A DNA stretch of 64,000 bases, from assembly GCA_038874115.1 (NCBI GenBank), contig JAVZDC010000001.1, positions 266,871 to 330,870 of the forward strand, read 5' to 3'. The notes beneath the pieces were generated by a model. The model was given only the letters and a program-made list of their open reading frames with translations, was not told the origin of the DNA and did no database searches. Positions 39,876-49,348 of the stretch are shown here, one piece after another. The translations under genes and the position numbers were made by a program. The DNA is from an archaeon (GTDB lineage: Archaea; B1Sed10-29; JAVZDC01). How positions within the stretch are numbered: position 1 is the stretch's first letter; every line of letters begins with the position of its first letter.

Positions 39876-41162
39876 TTAAAAAAGAAATGATTCTGGAATA
39901 CTTCTTTCAGAAATTTCACCACGTAAATTTTCACGCATCTTTCGACAAACTTCTTCAGGTGAAAGATTATGCCCAAGCAACCAACCCAACTTTACGTAAG
40001 CAGTTTCTGGAAGCATATCTTCGCAAAATACTGCTCCAGTTTTAGAAAGAATTCTTAAGTTCTCGTAAACGCTTGGGTGGGTTCTACCGTATAAAGTTTG
40101 AGTGGTTATCGCTACAACACATCCCTCTTTAATTGCTTTCTCTATATTTTTTATCCAAGAGTTTTCTCCTCTCGTAGGTACATGTCCAAGCCCTGTTCCT
40201 TCCAAAACAAGACCTTTGTATCCTTTTTCAAGGTAAAAATCGATTATCTCTGGCGATGCTCCAGGATATGTTTTTAAAATAGCTGTTTTTTCTTCAAATA
40301 CGGCATCTAACTTTACATCGGCAGTATTATCTCTTAAAACGTATTCTGAAATTTTTTCAAATTTGCCATCTGGGAAAACTTTTGCTAAAGGCAGACAATT
40401 AATTGGTCTAAAAGCATCTCTCCTAGAGGAATGCATTTTTCTTACTTTGGTTCCTCGAAGAACATAACAAAAATCATCACTCATCGTTGCATGCATACAA
40501 ATAGCGGTTTCTCCCAAATCCTTTGTTGCTGCAATAGCCGAACATATTACATTCATCGCAGCATCAGAAGATGGTCTATCGCTACTTCTCTGGGCTCCAG
40601 TAAGTATTATTGGTTTTTTACAAGAAATCATAAAAGAAAGAGCGGCAGATGTAAAATGCATAGTATCTGTACCGTGAAATATAATAATTCCATCTACTTT
40701 TTGAATGACCTTTGAAACTTCTTTTGCTAAAAGAATCCAATCCTTAGGACATAAATCCTCGCTCATTTTTAAGAAAGGAGTATAAGTACTCTCCACACAA
40801 ACAAAGTTGTAAAGCTCTGGTATTGATCCTATCAATTCCTCTGGCTTCATCAAAGCTTTCACAGCTCCAGTCCCGTATTCTACTTTCGAAGCTATTGTAC
40901 CGCCTGTAGAAAAAATCGATATCTTTGGCTTTGATTTATCAAAACTAAAAGAAAAAGATTTTTCTTCTAATTTTTCTTTTTTCTTTATTATCTCATATTT
41001 TGCGTTAGTTAAGTCTATCCCAACATTATAGCCATTTTTTAACTTTAAAACAATTATATTTTGTCCAGTAAACTCAGTGGATGGCATCACTAGGCCTTCA
41101 AAGATTTTTCCATCTTTCTTTATCCTTACGAAGTCCCCTGTATCTAAGTTCATAAACATCAT
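39876..41162 (-). CDS. gatD: Glu-tRNA(Gln) amidotransferase subunit D
   Basis: KLKNGYNVG, TGGTIAS, HGTDT, GAQRSSDRPSSD, RKMHSSRRDAF. Confidence 0.97.
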   Translation of the reverse strand: MMFMNLDTGDFVRIKKDGKIFEGLVMPSTEFTGQNIIVLKLKNGYNVGIDLTNAKYEIIKKKEKLEEKSFSFSFDKSKPKISIFSTGGTIASKVEYGTGAVKALMKPEELIGSIPELYNFVCVESTYTPFLKMSEDLCPKDWILLAKEVSKVIQKVDGIIIFHGTDTMHFTSAALSFMISCKKPIILTGAQRSSDRPSSDAAMNVICSAIAATKDLGETAICMHATMSDDFCYVLRGTKVRKMHSSRRDAFRPINCLPLAKVFPDGKFEKISEYVLRDNTADVKLDAVFEEKTAILKTYPGASPEIIDFYLEKGYKGLVLEGTGLGHVPTRGENSWIKNIEKAIKEGCVVAITTQTLYGRTHPSVYENLRILSKTGAVFCEDMLPETAYVKLGWLLGHNLSPEEVCRKMRENLRGEISERSIPESFLF

Positions 41163-41208
41163 CTTTAAAGAGCAAGTTGCGAAATATAATTTTTTCTATC
41201 GAAGATAT

Positions 41209-42723
41209 CTATAATTTCTTGGACATGTAATGCCCGTCCCTAACAAAACCTAATTTAGAATAATACTCTCTAACACCAACTCCACTTATAACGCATATTT
41301 TTTCAAAACCATTTTCTTTCGCAATTTCTTCCGCTTTTTCCACCAGCATTTTTCCAAATTTCCGATGCTGCACTTGTCCCTTTTCTTTTAAAGGAACTTG
41401 TTCTCCATAAACATGCAGTTCTCTTATGCCTGCTGAGGATTGAAGCTCAGGAAGAAAAGGATTGTTTAAAAATCTCAATCTTAAGAAACCTAAAAGTCTG
41501 TCCGAAGGAGTAATAAACTCGAGAAATATCTCTTTTCCTCCGCTCGCGTTATACTCTGTAGCTTTAAGACTGAATGTTTTATAATCTTCTGTTAGAATTT
41601 CTCTACATCTTATGCAATTGCATCTTAAACCTTTTTTCAAAAGTTTTTTCTCATAAATTTCGCGAATATTTGTATGAATCGGTCCAGCTAAAATTAATTT
41701 AGAAGGAATATCCCTTTCTACTCTCATTATTCTTACCCATCGAGGAATAAAAGAGGTAACATCCATCAAAAAATTTATTAATTCTTCCTCAGAATACGGT
41801 TTCCATTGGCCTTTTTCATATAGTTCTCTAAGTTTTTCTTGTTCAAAACCTTTAAGCAACAATGTTGGATAGATTTTAATCATATCTGGTTTAAAATTAT
41901 CATCTTCAAAAATTTTCCTAAACATATTTAAGTCCTTATAATAATCAGAACCTGGAAGACCCGGCATTAGATGATAACATATTTTAAACAAACTGTCCTT
42001 AGCTAATTGAGTTGCTTTAATAACATCTTTGACTGTGTGGCCTCTATTCACAAGATAATATATTGCATCATCTGGATTTTGAACACCCAGTTCTAACCTT
42101 GTTGTACCAAAATCAAGGAGTTTTTTTATTGTCTCTTCATTGATTTCGTCTGGCCTAGTTTCAATAGTTAAACCAACACATCTTTTATCCGCTGTTTCGT
42201 TTGCTTTTATAGCGCTTTCCAAATCTTTAGAATCAAACCCATTTAAACCATCATATATTCCTTTTATGAATGAGGTTTGATAATTGAACGGTTGGCTTGT
42301 GAAAGTTCCTCCCATAACTATAACATCGATTTTTTGAGGTTTGTGTCCCATGGATTCCAGTTGAGAAAGTCTATCTAAAATCTGTTTTTTAGAATCGTAT
42401 GAATGCTGTTGTCCTCTCATGGCTGCAGGTTCATGACCGGTGTAACTTTGAGGTGTCGTTCCTGTTCCAGGACAGTATATGCATTTTCCATGAGGGCAAG
42501 GCCAAGGTCTTGTCATAACTGCAACAACGGCAACTCCAGATAAAGTTCTTCTTGGTTTTTTCTTCAAAAAAACACGTACTCTTTCGTCGAAATTGCTGGC
42601 TGCATAGATTTCAGGGTTTGAAGGAACCTTACATTTATGTTTTTTAGCATATTTCTTTTTTAAAATTTCGAATTCTTCCCTGGACACTGTTCCATTTAAG
42701 ATTGCTTCAATTAACTCTTGCAT
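41209..42723 (-). CDS. elp3: Elp3 tRNA U34 carboxymethyltransferase (radical SAM + GNAT)
   Basis: RTLSGVAVVAVM, CPHGKCIYCP, ETRPD, ELGVQ, RELHVYG, QH..G, ISGVGVREYY. Confidence 0.96.
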   Translation of the reverse strand: MQELIEAILNGTVSREEFEILKKKYAKKHKCKVPSNPEIYAASNFDERVRVFLKKKPRRTLSGVAVVAVMTRPWPCPHGKCIYCPGTGTTPQSYTGHEPAAMRGQQHSYDSKKQILDRLSQLESMGHKPQKIDVIVMGGTFTSQPFNYQTSFIKGIYDGLNGFDSKDLESAIKANETADKRCVGLTIETRPDEINEETIKKLLDFGTTRLELGVQNPDDAIYYLVNRGHTVKDVIKATQLAKDSLFKICYHLMPGLPGSDYYKDLNMFRKIFEDDNFKPDMIKIYPTLLLKGFEQEKLRELYEKGQWKPYSEEELINFLMDVTSFIPRWVRIMRVERDIPSKLILAGPIHTNIREIYEKKLLKKGLRCNCIRCREILTEDYKTFSLKATEYNASGGKEIFLEFITPSDRLLGFLRLRFLNNPFLPELQSSAGIRELHVYGEQVPLKEKGQVQHRKFGKMLVEKAEEIAKENGFEKICVISGVGVREYYSKLGFVRDGHYMSKKL

Positions 42724-42751
42724 ATTAAATCTTTTTTAAAAGAGAAACTGT

Positions 42752-43492
42752 TTAGACTTTTAATAAAGAGAATAAAGAAAAGAAAGGTTGGAGAATTGGA
42801 ATTATGGAAAAACCTTCTGCGCAAGATTTGAACTTTGAAACAAGACTTGGGTAAATGCGAATTCCTGTTTGCTGTTTGTATTCTACATTGCCTCTAAAAA
42901 TAACTTTGACGTTATAAAAATTTTCTTCTGTCGGTGTCATGCACACACTAAAATTACCTTTAGATTTAGGAGGTACTTTCAAAATAGAGAATTCTTGCCA
43001 TCTGGAAGGAACTCCATCAAAATAAACTTCGAAATTCTCTTCTGCGATAGATTTACTTTCTACCCCCATTTGAAAGCAAGATCTTTCTCCGGCTTGTGCC
43101 GTGTATTGTTTGGAAACTGTAAACTTGAAAACATCATAATTACCTGAAAATATTATCCTTGAAGATTTCTGAATCTGGAGGTTTAAACTATTTGAAACTT
43201 TCAAATCTATGTAATGATTTCCAGGTCCGATCCCTTTAGCTAAAATAGTGAAGTGGGTTGCATTAGTTTGAATGCTTGTGTTTACGTCCGAGTGAACATC
43301 AAAAGTATCCCATAAATATGCTCCAGAAGATCTTTCAAAAATAAGTTTTAATTCTTGCCCTGGAGCCACCTCTCCCAAATTAACTTGGTCCGGAAGAATC
43401 ATTTTTTCAGGATAGATGAGCCTCAAATCAACTTCGGAACATAATCCTAGACAAGAAATTAAAGCGAAAATTAAAGCAAACTTGTACTTCAT
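42752..43492 (-). CDS. Hypothetical secreted protein (Ig-like domains)
   Basis: Signal peptide; beta-rich; hydrophobic C-terminus. Confidence 0.7.
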   Translation of the reverse strand: MKYKFALIFALISCLGLCSEVDLRLIYPEKMILPDQVNLGEVAPGQELKLIFERSSGAYLWDTFDVHSDVNTSIQTNATHFTILAKGIGPGNHYIDLKVSNSLNLQIQKSSRIIFSGNYDVFKFTVSKQYTAQAGERSCFQMGVESKSIAEENFEVYFDGVPSRWQEFSILKVPPKSKGNFSVCMTPTEENFYNVKVIFRGNVEYKQQTGIRIYPSLVSKFKSCAEGFSIIPILQPFFSLFSLLKV

Positions 43493-43496
43493 GAAT

Positions 43497-43524
43497 TTCT
43501 TATAAAAATTTGAATTTATAAGAA
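43497..43524. promoter_or_regulatory. 10-bp inverted repeat TTCTTATAAA-N8-TTTATAAGAA in the divergent promoter region upstream of HMG-CoA reductase
   Basis: Perfect arms at 43497-43506 and 43515-43524; AT-rich, so chance is possible. Confidence 0.3.
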
Positions 43525-43634
43525 TATCGTTAAAAAGTAAAAATGAATCTCCACTCGTACATTTTCTGTTTTAATACCAAAGACGAACTTGGAAAAGAAT
43601 AATTTTTTAATATTTTTTAACGTTTTACTTCTTG

Positions 43635-44933
43635 ATGCCTGTAGAAAATTCTGAATTGCCGGGTTTTTATAAACTTTCTATTGAAGAAAGATTGAAAATC
43701 TTAAGTAAATTAGCAAACTTGGATGAAGATGAAGTAAATCAATTGAAAGGAAATCCTTTGCGGTTGGAAATTGCAGACAAAATGATTGAAAATGTGATAG
43801 GGACGTTTCAAGTACCTTTAGGAATCGCAACTAGTTTCAAAATAAATGGGAAAGACTATCTTGTACCAATGGCAATCGAAGAACCAAGTGTCATAGCTGC
43901 TGCGAGTAATGCGGCGAAAATTGCTAGAAAATCTGGAGGATTTAAAGCCGAAAGTGATGAACCCATAATGATTGGACAGATCCAAATTTTAAATATTCCA
44001 AACGTTGAAAATGCAAAAAAAGAAATTTTTGAAAACTTAAAAGAAATTAAAAGAATTTGCAATGAAAAACATACGAATTTAGTTAACGCTGGGGGAGGGT
44101 TTAAAGACTTATTTTTGTATGAATTAAACACGGAGATAGGAAAAATGCTAATTGTAAACTTATTAGTTGATGTTAGGGATGCTATGGGGGCCAATGTAAT
44201 AAACTCGATGTGTGAAACTTTAGCTCCTTTCTTGGAAAAGATAACTGGTGGGACGGTAAGGTTAAGAATACTCTCAAACCTTGCGGTTTATAGAAAAGTA
44301 AAAGCTGAAGCAATTTTTAGTAAAGAAGCTATAGAAGAAAGTTTTAAAGGTGAGATTTCTGGGGAAGAGGCGATTGAAAATATTTTACAAGCATATTATT
44401 TTGCGAAAAATGATAAGTTTAGAGCAACGACCCACAATAAAGGAATAATGAATGGAATAGATGCTGTCGCCTTGGCTACCGGAAATGATTTTAGAGCTTT
44501 GGAAGCCGGCGCCCATGCGTTTGCATCTTTAAAGCAAGGATATGGACCATTAACCGAATATTATAAAAATGATAACGGAGATTTGGTTGGAAGGATTGAA
44601 ATACCTCTTGCTTTTGGGATAGCTGGCGGAATAACCAAGTCTCATCCTTTAGTAAAGATAAACTTAAAGATACTTGGAGTTAAGAGCGCGCAGGAGTTAG
44701 CGGAAGTTGCTGCTTGTGTTGGTCTTGCAAACAATTTTGCTAGTTTAAGAGCTCTTGCAACAGAAGGGATTCAAAAAGGGCATATGAAACTACATGCAAA
44801 AAATATAGCTATGAGCGTTGGAGCTACAGGGCGAGAAGTTGAAGAAATTGTGGAAAAAATGGTTGAAGAAAAAAATATTTCCATGAGTAGAGCTAAAGAG
44901 ATTTTAGAAGAGATTAGGAAAAGTAAGATTTGA
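43635..44933 (+). CDS. mvaA: Class II (bacterial-type) HMG-CoA reductase
   Basis: ENVIG, PMAIEEPSVIAA, DAMGAN, THNKGIMNG, GIQKGHMKLH. Confidence 0.95.
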   Translation: MPVENSELPGFYKLSIEERLKILSKLANLDEDEVNQLKGNPLRLEIADKMIENVIGTFQVPLGIATSFKINGKDYLVPMAIEEPSVIAAASNAAKIARKSGGFKAESDEPIMIGQIQILNIPNVENAKKEIFENLKEIKRICNEKHTNLVNAGGGFKDLFLYELNTEIGKMLIVNLLVDVRDAMGANVINSMCETLAPFLEKITGGTVRLRILSNLAVYRKVKAEAIFSKEAIEESFKGEISGEEAIENILQAYYFAKNDKFRATTHNKGIMNGIDAVALATGNDFRALEAGAHAFASLKQGYGPLTEYYKNDNGDLVGRIEIPLAFGIAGGITKSHPLVKINLKILGVKSAQELAEVAACVGLANNFASLRALATEGIQKGHMKLHAKNIAMSVGATGREVEEIVEKMVEEKNISMSRAKEILEEIRKSKI

Positions 44934-45270
44934 ACCAAGAATCGATATCTGTCACATTTTCTTTTGATAAAATCTCCGCATCTTTTTCAATTTCTTTGAT
45001 GAATATCTTTGTGCGATTAAAAGAAAAAGCTAACAGTGGTTTCGCTTTGTATCTTTTTGCCAGTTCCAATAGCTCTTTGAGGTTATAAACATAAATCTTA
45101 TCTTTCGATGATTTTTTACATTGAATGAAAAATAAATCTTTATTTTTAGAAATTACAACCAAGTCCAGTGGGCTTTTCGATGCTGGGCTTCGGAGTACTA
45201 AGAAACCGTTTTTTTCGAAATAAGTCTTCAATCGATACTCGAACTTATACCCTTTTCTATAGTTCGTCAT
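44914..45270 (-). CDS. hjc: Holliday junction resolvase Hjc
   Basis: YRKGYKFE, GFLVLRSPAS, DLV, IQCK (PD-(D/E)xK). Confidence 0.85.
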   Translation of the reverse strand: MTNYRKGYKFEYRLKTYFEKNGFLVLRSPASKSPLDLVVISKNKDLFFIQCKKSSKDKIYVYNLKELLELAKRYKAKPLLAFSFNRTKIFIKEIEKDAEILSKENVTDIDSWFKSYFS

Positions 45271-45274
45271 TAAT

Positions 45275-45619
45275 TCAGCCTACTAGTTTTAAATTTCCAG
45301 TATATTTATCTATCTCAGAATCATCCCATGGTCCAAGACCAAAACAAGTTATAGTTCCAGGCTCAAGTTGAGTCATACCTGCGTCTCTGATCAGGGCTTT
45401 TGGAATATTTTTTATAGAGTTATAAAGTTCTAAAAGCTTTTCCTGATCTTCTACATAAACTACAACTTTCTTTGCCCCTTCCCGCAACCATTTTTCCGTT
45501 TTTTCTTTGTCTTTTTTCCAAGCTTCCAAAAAAGCTTGTAAAGAAGCATGCGCTACTTGGACCGACATTTTTCCTTTCTTAAGTTTTAAATCCTTCCTGA
45601 CAACAATTACTTGTTTCAT
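45275..45619 (-). CDS. pth2: Peptidyl-tRNA hydrolase Pth2
   Basis: KQVIVVRKDL, GKMSVQVAHA, DAGMTQ, GLGP. Confidence 0.96.
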   Translation of the reverse strand: MKQVIVVRKDLKLKKGKMSVQVAHASLQAFLEAWKKDKEKTEKWLREGAKKVVVYVEDQEKLLELYNSIKNIPKALIRDAGMTQLEPGTITCFGLGPWDDSEIDKYTGNLKLVG

Positions 45620-45700
45620 GTTTTTATTTTTAAAAATAGAAAGTTTTAAATATTATGGTTTCAAAAAAATAAATAACTTTATTTTAAATTAAGGAGAATT

Positions 45701-45937
45701 ATGTTAACTCGTTTTGAAATTACAAGAATAATCTCAGCTAGGGCTCACCAAATAGCTCTAGGAAGCCCGACATTTATTAAAGTTAAAGATGAAAAAGATC
45801 CGTTCCTTTTAGCTAAAGCTGAATTTGATGCTAAAGTGTTGCCAATACTAGTCCTGCGGACCTTGCCAAATGGAGAAATAGTATATTTAGATCTTGATGG
45901 AAAAGTGGTAGATTATGGGAAAGCAAAAAAGCAGTAA
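45701..45937 (+). CDS. rpoK: RNA polymerase subunit Rpo6/K
   Basis: LTRFEITRIISARAHQIALG, R.LP.G. Confidence 0.93.
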   Translation: MLTRFEITRIISARAHQIALGSPTFIKVKDEKDPFLLAKAEFDAKVLPILVLRTLPNGEIVYLDLDGKVVDYGKAKKQ

Positions 45938-46109
45938 ACATGAAAGAATGGCAGAGATAATTTTTAAAGAAATGAGAGATAAAATAACAGAAGATTTCTC
46001 TAAAAATAAAAAGCTTTTAATAGAATTAAATCTTGGTCTTTCAAAAGTTGAAAGGAACATACTTGCTGGCATACTTACTAATAAAGCTAAGAAAGGGGAA
46101 ACTCTTTAA
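45915..46109 (+). CDS. Small hypothetical protein
   Basis: Fills the gap between rpoK and the rad50 stop; may start at the ATG at 45948. Confidence 0.4.
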   Translation: MGKQKSSKHERMAEIIFKEMRDKITEDFSKNKKLLIELNLGLSKVERNILAGILTNKAKKGETL

Positions 46110-48385
46110 TCCCCAGAAACAAAGGATTCAAAGCTAATCTTTGTTGGTTCGTCTGCTTCTTTCTTTCTATCTAATTTGTATAAATATGCAGAAGCCGCTC
46201 CTTCTAATTCCTCATCGTGTGTGATTATGAATATTTGATCTACTATTTTTGGCAAATACTCTCTTAAAGTTTTAGAAAGCTCTAAAACGCCTTTTTTATC
46301 AAGGTTGTGAGTTGGTTCGTCCAAGATTAACCAAGAAAGGTTTTGGGCTAAAACTAAAGAAAAGCTAATTCTCAAAGCAAGACAAGCAGAACTTCTTTCC
46401 CCTCCACTTGAAATTCCTTCAACTTGAACGTATTCCATGTCTCTTTTTAATAACTGGAGAACATAATCCCCGTGTTCATCAACAGCAAGCCTTAAGCCCT
46501 TGTAATCTTCGTAAGGGTATATCTTTTTCCAAACGTCAAAAAGAATCGCATTCGTATTTTCTACAAAAACAGATCTAAGTTCATTCTGAGTTGCTTGAAG
46601 TGCTTTCTGTAAAATCTCAAAATTATGAACATATTTCTTTAATTTCTCTAAATCTTTCTCCTTTTTCTCTTTTTGAGCAATTAGATCAAATATATTATGT
46701 AATCTCTTTTCCTTTTCAAAAACTAAATCCTCCAAAGATTTTATCTCTTGCTCCAAAACAGAACATTTTTTTTCAATTTCCTTCAAACTTTCAAAAATGC
46801 TTTTCTCTTTTTCTTCAGAATATGAAAGCTCATTTATCTCAAGCTTTAACTTTTCAATTTCTTTTTCTAAATCCTGAAGGGCTCTCAAGTTTTTATAATA
46901 CTCTAATTTTTTCTCAAAAACAGAAATTTCTTTTAAGATCTCAGAAAGATCCCTAGGCTTTTGAATAGAACTTATTACTTTCTCCAAATTTTCTAAATCC
47001 TCTTTCAATTTTTTCAAATCTTCTCTTTTTTGTTTTGCTTGCTTAATCATTTTATCAAGTTCTTTCGAAGCTTCAATCTCCTTTTCAAGATCTTCCAATG
47101 CTTTTTCAAGATTCTCTTTTTCCTTTTTCATAATGTCTATTTTTTCCTGGATCGATGCAATCTTTTTATCAATTTCCAAAAGTTCTTTCATTTTTGCTTC
47201 CAAAATCTGCGGATTCTCGGAAAAATCACTGCCACATATCGGGCACTGTTTGTTTTCTCTTATTATTTTTATATTCTCAGAAACTTGTTTCTTACTTTGA
47301 ACAGTTTGAGCCAATTCAAAAAGATGTTTTTCTATAGAATCTCTTAACTTTTGAAGATCGAGTTCCAAGTTTTGCTTCTTCTTTAAGAATGTTTCCAAAT
47401 TGGATTCTTCTACAGTTGGTGCTTGCTTTAAAAAATCTTCTATTTGAGAAATAGAATACATAATCTTATTTTTATCTATTTCATACTTTTGAAGAAGTTT
47501 CATTTTTTCTTTCGAATCTTCGTATTCCTTCCTTAAACTTTCAATTTTTTCTTGAATTGCGGATTCATCTTCACTAGGCTTTTCTCCGATTTTAAGTTGG
47601 ATCGACTCTTTCATTCCAATTTTTTTCTTTAAAGCATCGTTCAAACTTAAGAATTTATTCTTTAATTGAATTATCTCCGCATATTCTTGTTTTAAGTCTC
47701 TTAGATTTTCAGAAAATTTAGAGAAATCTTTCTTTTTTTCAGAAAGTTTTTCTTGAATTTTCTTAATTTCTTCTTGTATTGGTTTTGGATCCTCGATTTG
47801 AATGTATTTCAAAAAGTTTTGGATATCTTGAATTCTAGATTCTAACCTTGAACAAAGAGTTATTATGCTTTTTCTCGCATTCTCATACTTTTCTATTTTT
47901 AAAAGTTCGTCTATCTTCATTTTTCTTTGGGATTTAGGAATTTCTAAAAAGTAATCTATCCTGTTCTGCTCAGCATAAACTGCTCTAGAAAACAAATCAT
48001 AGTTTATCCCTAGAATTTCAGTGATCTTTTCAGTCACTCTTTGAGGGCCAACTTCTATCAGAAAAGAATCTTTCCTAAGTTCTGCATTTGATCCCTTTCC
48101 ACGTTTTATTTCACGTCTAACTACATAAACTTCATTCCCGTTTGTAAACTCTAGTTCAATAAATCCCCTATCTTTCTTTTTTGGTTTATCCATCAAAAGA
48201 TCGTCAACTTTTATCTTTTTTTGCTGAAGTTCTGGGAAAGTTCCAAAAAGGGCAAAACAAATGGCGTTTAAAACTGTTGATTTTCCAGATCCCATCGGGC
48301 CAATTAAAACGTTTGTTCCTTTATCAAAATAAAGTTCTGACCTTTCATGAGATCGAATATTCTCTAAAAGTATTCTTTTAATCAT
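46106..48385 (-). CDS. rad50: Rad50/SbcC-like SMC ATPase
   Basis: ENIRSH, GPMGSGKST, Q-loop, coiled coil with CPICG zinc hook, SGGE, LDEPT, ITH. Confidence 0.9.
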   Translation of the reverse strand: MIKRILLENIRSHERSELYFDKGTNVLIGPMGSGKSTVLNAICFALFGTFPELQQKKIKVDDLLMDKPKKKDRGFIELEFTNGNEVYVVRREIKRGKGSNAELRKDSFLIEVGPQRVTEKITEILGINYDLFSRAVYAEQNRIDYFLEIPKSQRKMKIDELLKIEKYENARKSIITLCSRLESRIQDIQNFLKYIQIEDPKPIQEEIKKIQEKLSEKKKDFSKFSENLRDLKQEYAEIIQLKNKFLSLNDALKKKIGMKESIQLKIGEKPSEDESAIQEKIESLRKEYEDSKEKMKLLQKYEIDKNKIMYSISQIEDFLKQAPTVEESNLETFLKKKQNLELDLQKLRDSIEKHLFELAQTVQSKKQVSENIKIIRENKQCPICGSDFSENPQILEAKMKELLEIDKKIASIQEKIDIMKKEKENLEKALEDLEKEIEASKELDKMIKQAKQKREDLKKLKEDLENLEKVISSIQKPRDLSEILKEISVFEKKLEYYKNLRALQDLEKEIEKLKLEINELSYSEEKEKSIFESLKEIEKKCSVLEQEIKSLEDLVFEKEKRLHNIFDLIAQKEKKEKDLEKLKKYVHNFEILQKALQATQNELRSVFVENTNAILFDVWKKIYPYEDYKGLRLAVDEHGDYVLQLLKRDMEYVQVEGISSGGERSSACLALRISFSLVLAQNLSWLILDEPTHNLDKKGVLELSKTLREYLPKIVDQIFIITHDEELEGAASAYLYKLDRKKEADEPTKISFESFVSGD

Positions 48386-48418
48386 AATATTTATTTTTAT
48401 CTTCAAGGATTAAAAAAT

Positions 48419-48808
48419 ATGCGATTCATTTGCGATGCAATGCTTGCCAAACTTGGTAGATGGCTTAGAATGGCTGGTTATGATACCAAAATAGCGTCAA
48501 ACAAAGAAAAGGATGAAGAAATTTTGGATAAAGCAATAAGGGAAGATAGGATAATTCTTACTCGAGATAAAAACCTTTCAAGGTATAAAAGAGCGATTTA
48601 TATAACTTCAGATAACCTTCAAGAACAATTAGAACAAACAAAAAAACTTGGGATAGAGTTTAAATTCCCTGAAGAATCGTTTTGTCCTGTTTGCGGTGGA
48701 GAACTAGTGAAAGAAAGAGAAATATGGGTATGTAAAGAATGTAAGAAGAGATATTGGAAAGGAAGTCATTGGAAAGGGATTTTAAAAAGATTTAACTTAT
48801 CAGACTAA
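48419..48808 (+). CDS. Mut7-C RNase (PIN-like) domain protein with a zinc ribbon
   Basis: CDAMLAKLGRWLRMAGYD, LTRD, CPVC..CKEC..YWKGSH. Confidence 0.9.
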   Translation: MRFICDAMLAKLGRWLRMAGYDTKIASNKEKDEEILDKAIREDRIILTRDKNLSRYKRAIYITSDNLQEQLEQTKKLGIEFKFPEESFCPVCGGELVKEREIWVCKECKKRYWKGSHWKGILKRFNLSD

Positions 48809-49046
48809 CTTCCAAGCAATCTAACTCTTTCACTCCCTTTATTGTTCTCAATTTATCTTCAACCTCTTGTGGATTCCCAGTCTTATCATCCACAACTACT
48901 CCAACTTTTATAACTTCTAAACCAAAAGCAATAGGTTCTCTTTGAACTCCCTTCACTTCTGGAATTTTTGCAAGTTCATCTATCATTTGCTTTAAATCCT
49001 GATTTTCTTCAGGGTAAATTCTATAGATCGCTAAAGCTTTCCCCAT
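48792..49046 (-). CDS. ef1b: Translation elongation factor 1-beta
   Basis: RIYPE, EPIAFGL, IKGV; start refined to MGKAL. Confidence 0.93.
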   Translation of the reverse strand: MGKALAIYRIYPEENQDLKQMIDELAKIPEVKGVQREPIAFGLEVIKVGVVVDDKTGNPQEVEDKLRTIKGVKELDCLEVSLIS

Positions 49047-49053
49047 AAAACCA

Positions 49054-49215
49054 CTATGGACCAGTAAAACCACAAGATTTACAAGTATACTGTACTGTGT
49101 TTTGCCTGCAAAAGTCACATCTAATGATTTTTTCTTTTCCGCAGGCAGGGCAGTTAAAAGAAACATAATCGTTTGTAACTTCTCGGTTACAAGAACTACA
49201 TTTGTGCAGAATCAT
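49054..49215 (-). CDS. Small zinc-finger protein (HVO_2753/DUF1610 family), 53 aa (not in the ORF track)
   Basis: Hand translation MILHKCSSCNREVTNDYVSFNCPACGKEKIIRCDFCRQNTVQYTCKSCGFTGP*; four CxxC pairs, terminal GP, typical position upstream of ef1b. Confidence 0.92.
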   Translation of the reverse strand: MILHKCSSCNREVTNDYVSFNCPACGKEKIIRCDFCRQNTVQYTCKSCGFTGP

Positions 49216-49269
49216 CACCTTTTGTATCGGACAAATATTTATTTTATTGAAACTAGTATATAAAAATAA

Positions 49270-49343
49270 GCCCTCATCGTCCAGTCTGGATAGGATGGAG
49301 CCCTGCGGAGGCTCAGACCCGGGTTCGAATCCCGGTGAGGGCG
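49270..49343 (+). tRNA. tRNA-Arg(GCG)
   Basis: Acceptor GCCCTCA/TGAGGGC, anticodon arm GAGCC-CTGCGGA-GGCTC, GGTTCGAATCC; no encoded CCA. Confidence 0.96.
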
Positions 49344-49348
49344 TTTTC

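Noticed and set aside
46600..47900. Low-complexity TTC/TTT periodicity
   Set aside because: Reflects the K/E-rich coiled coil of Rad50, not a DNA repeat.
49047..49166. N-terminal extension of EF-1beta in the ORF track
   Set aside because: The region encodes the zinc-finger gene in another frame.
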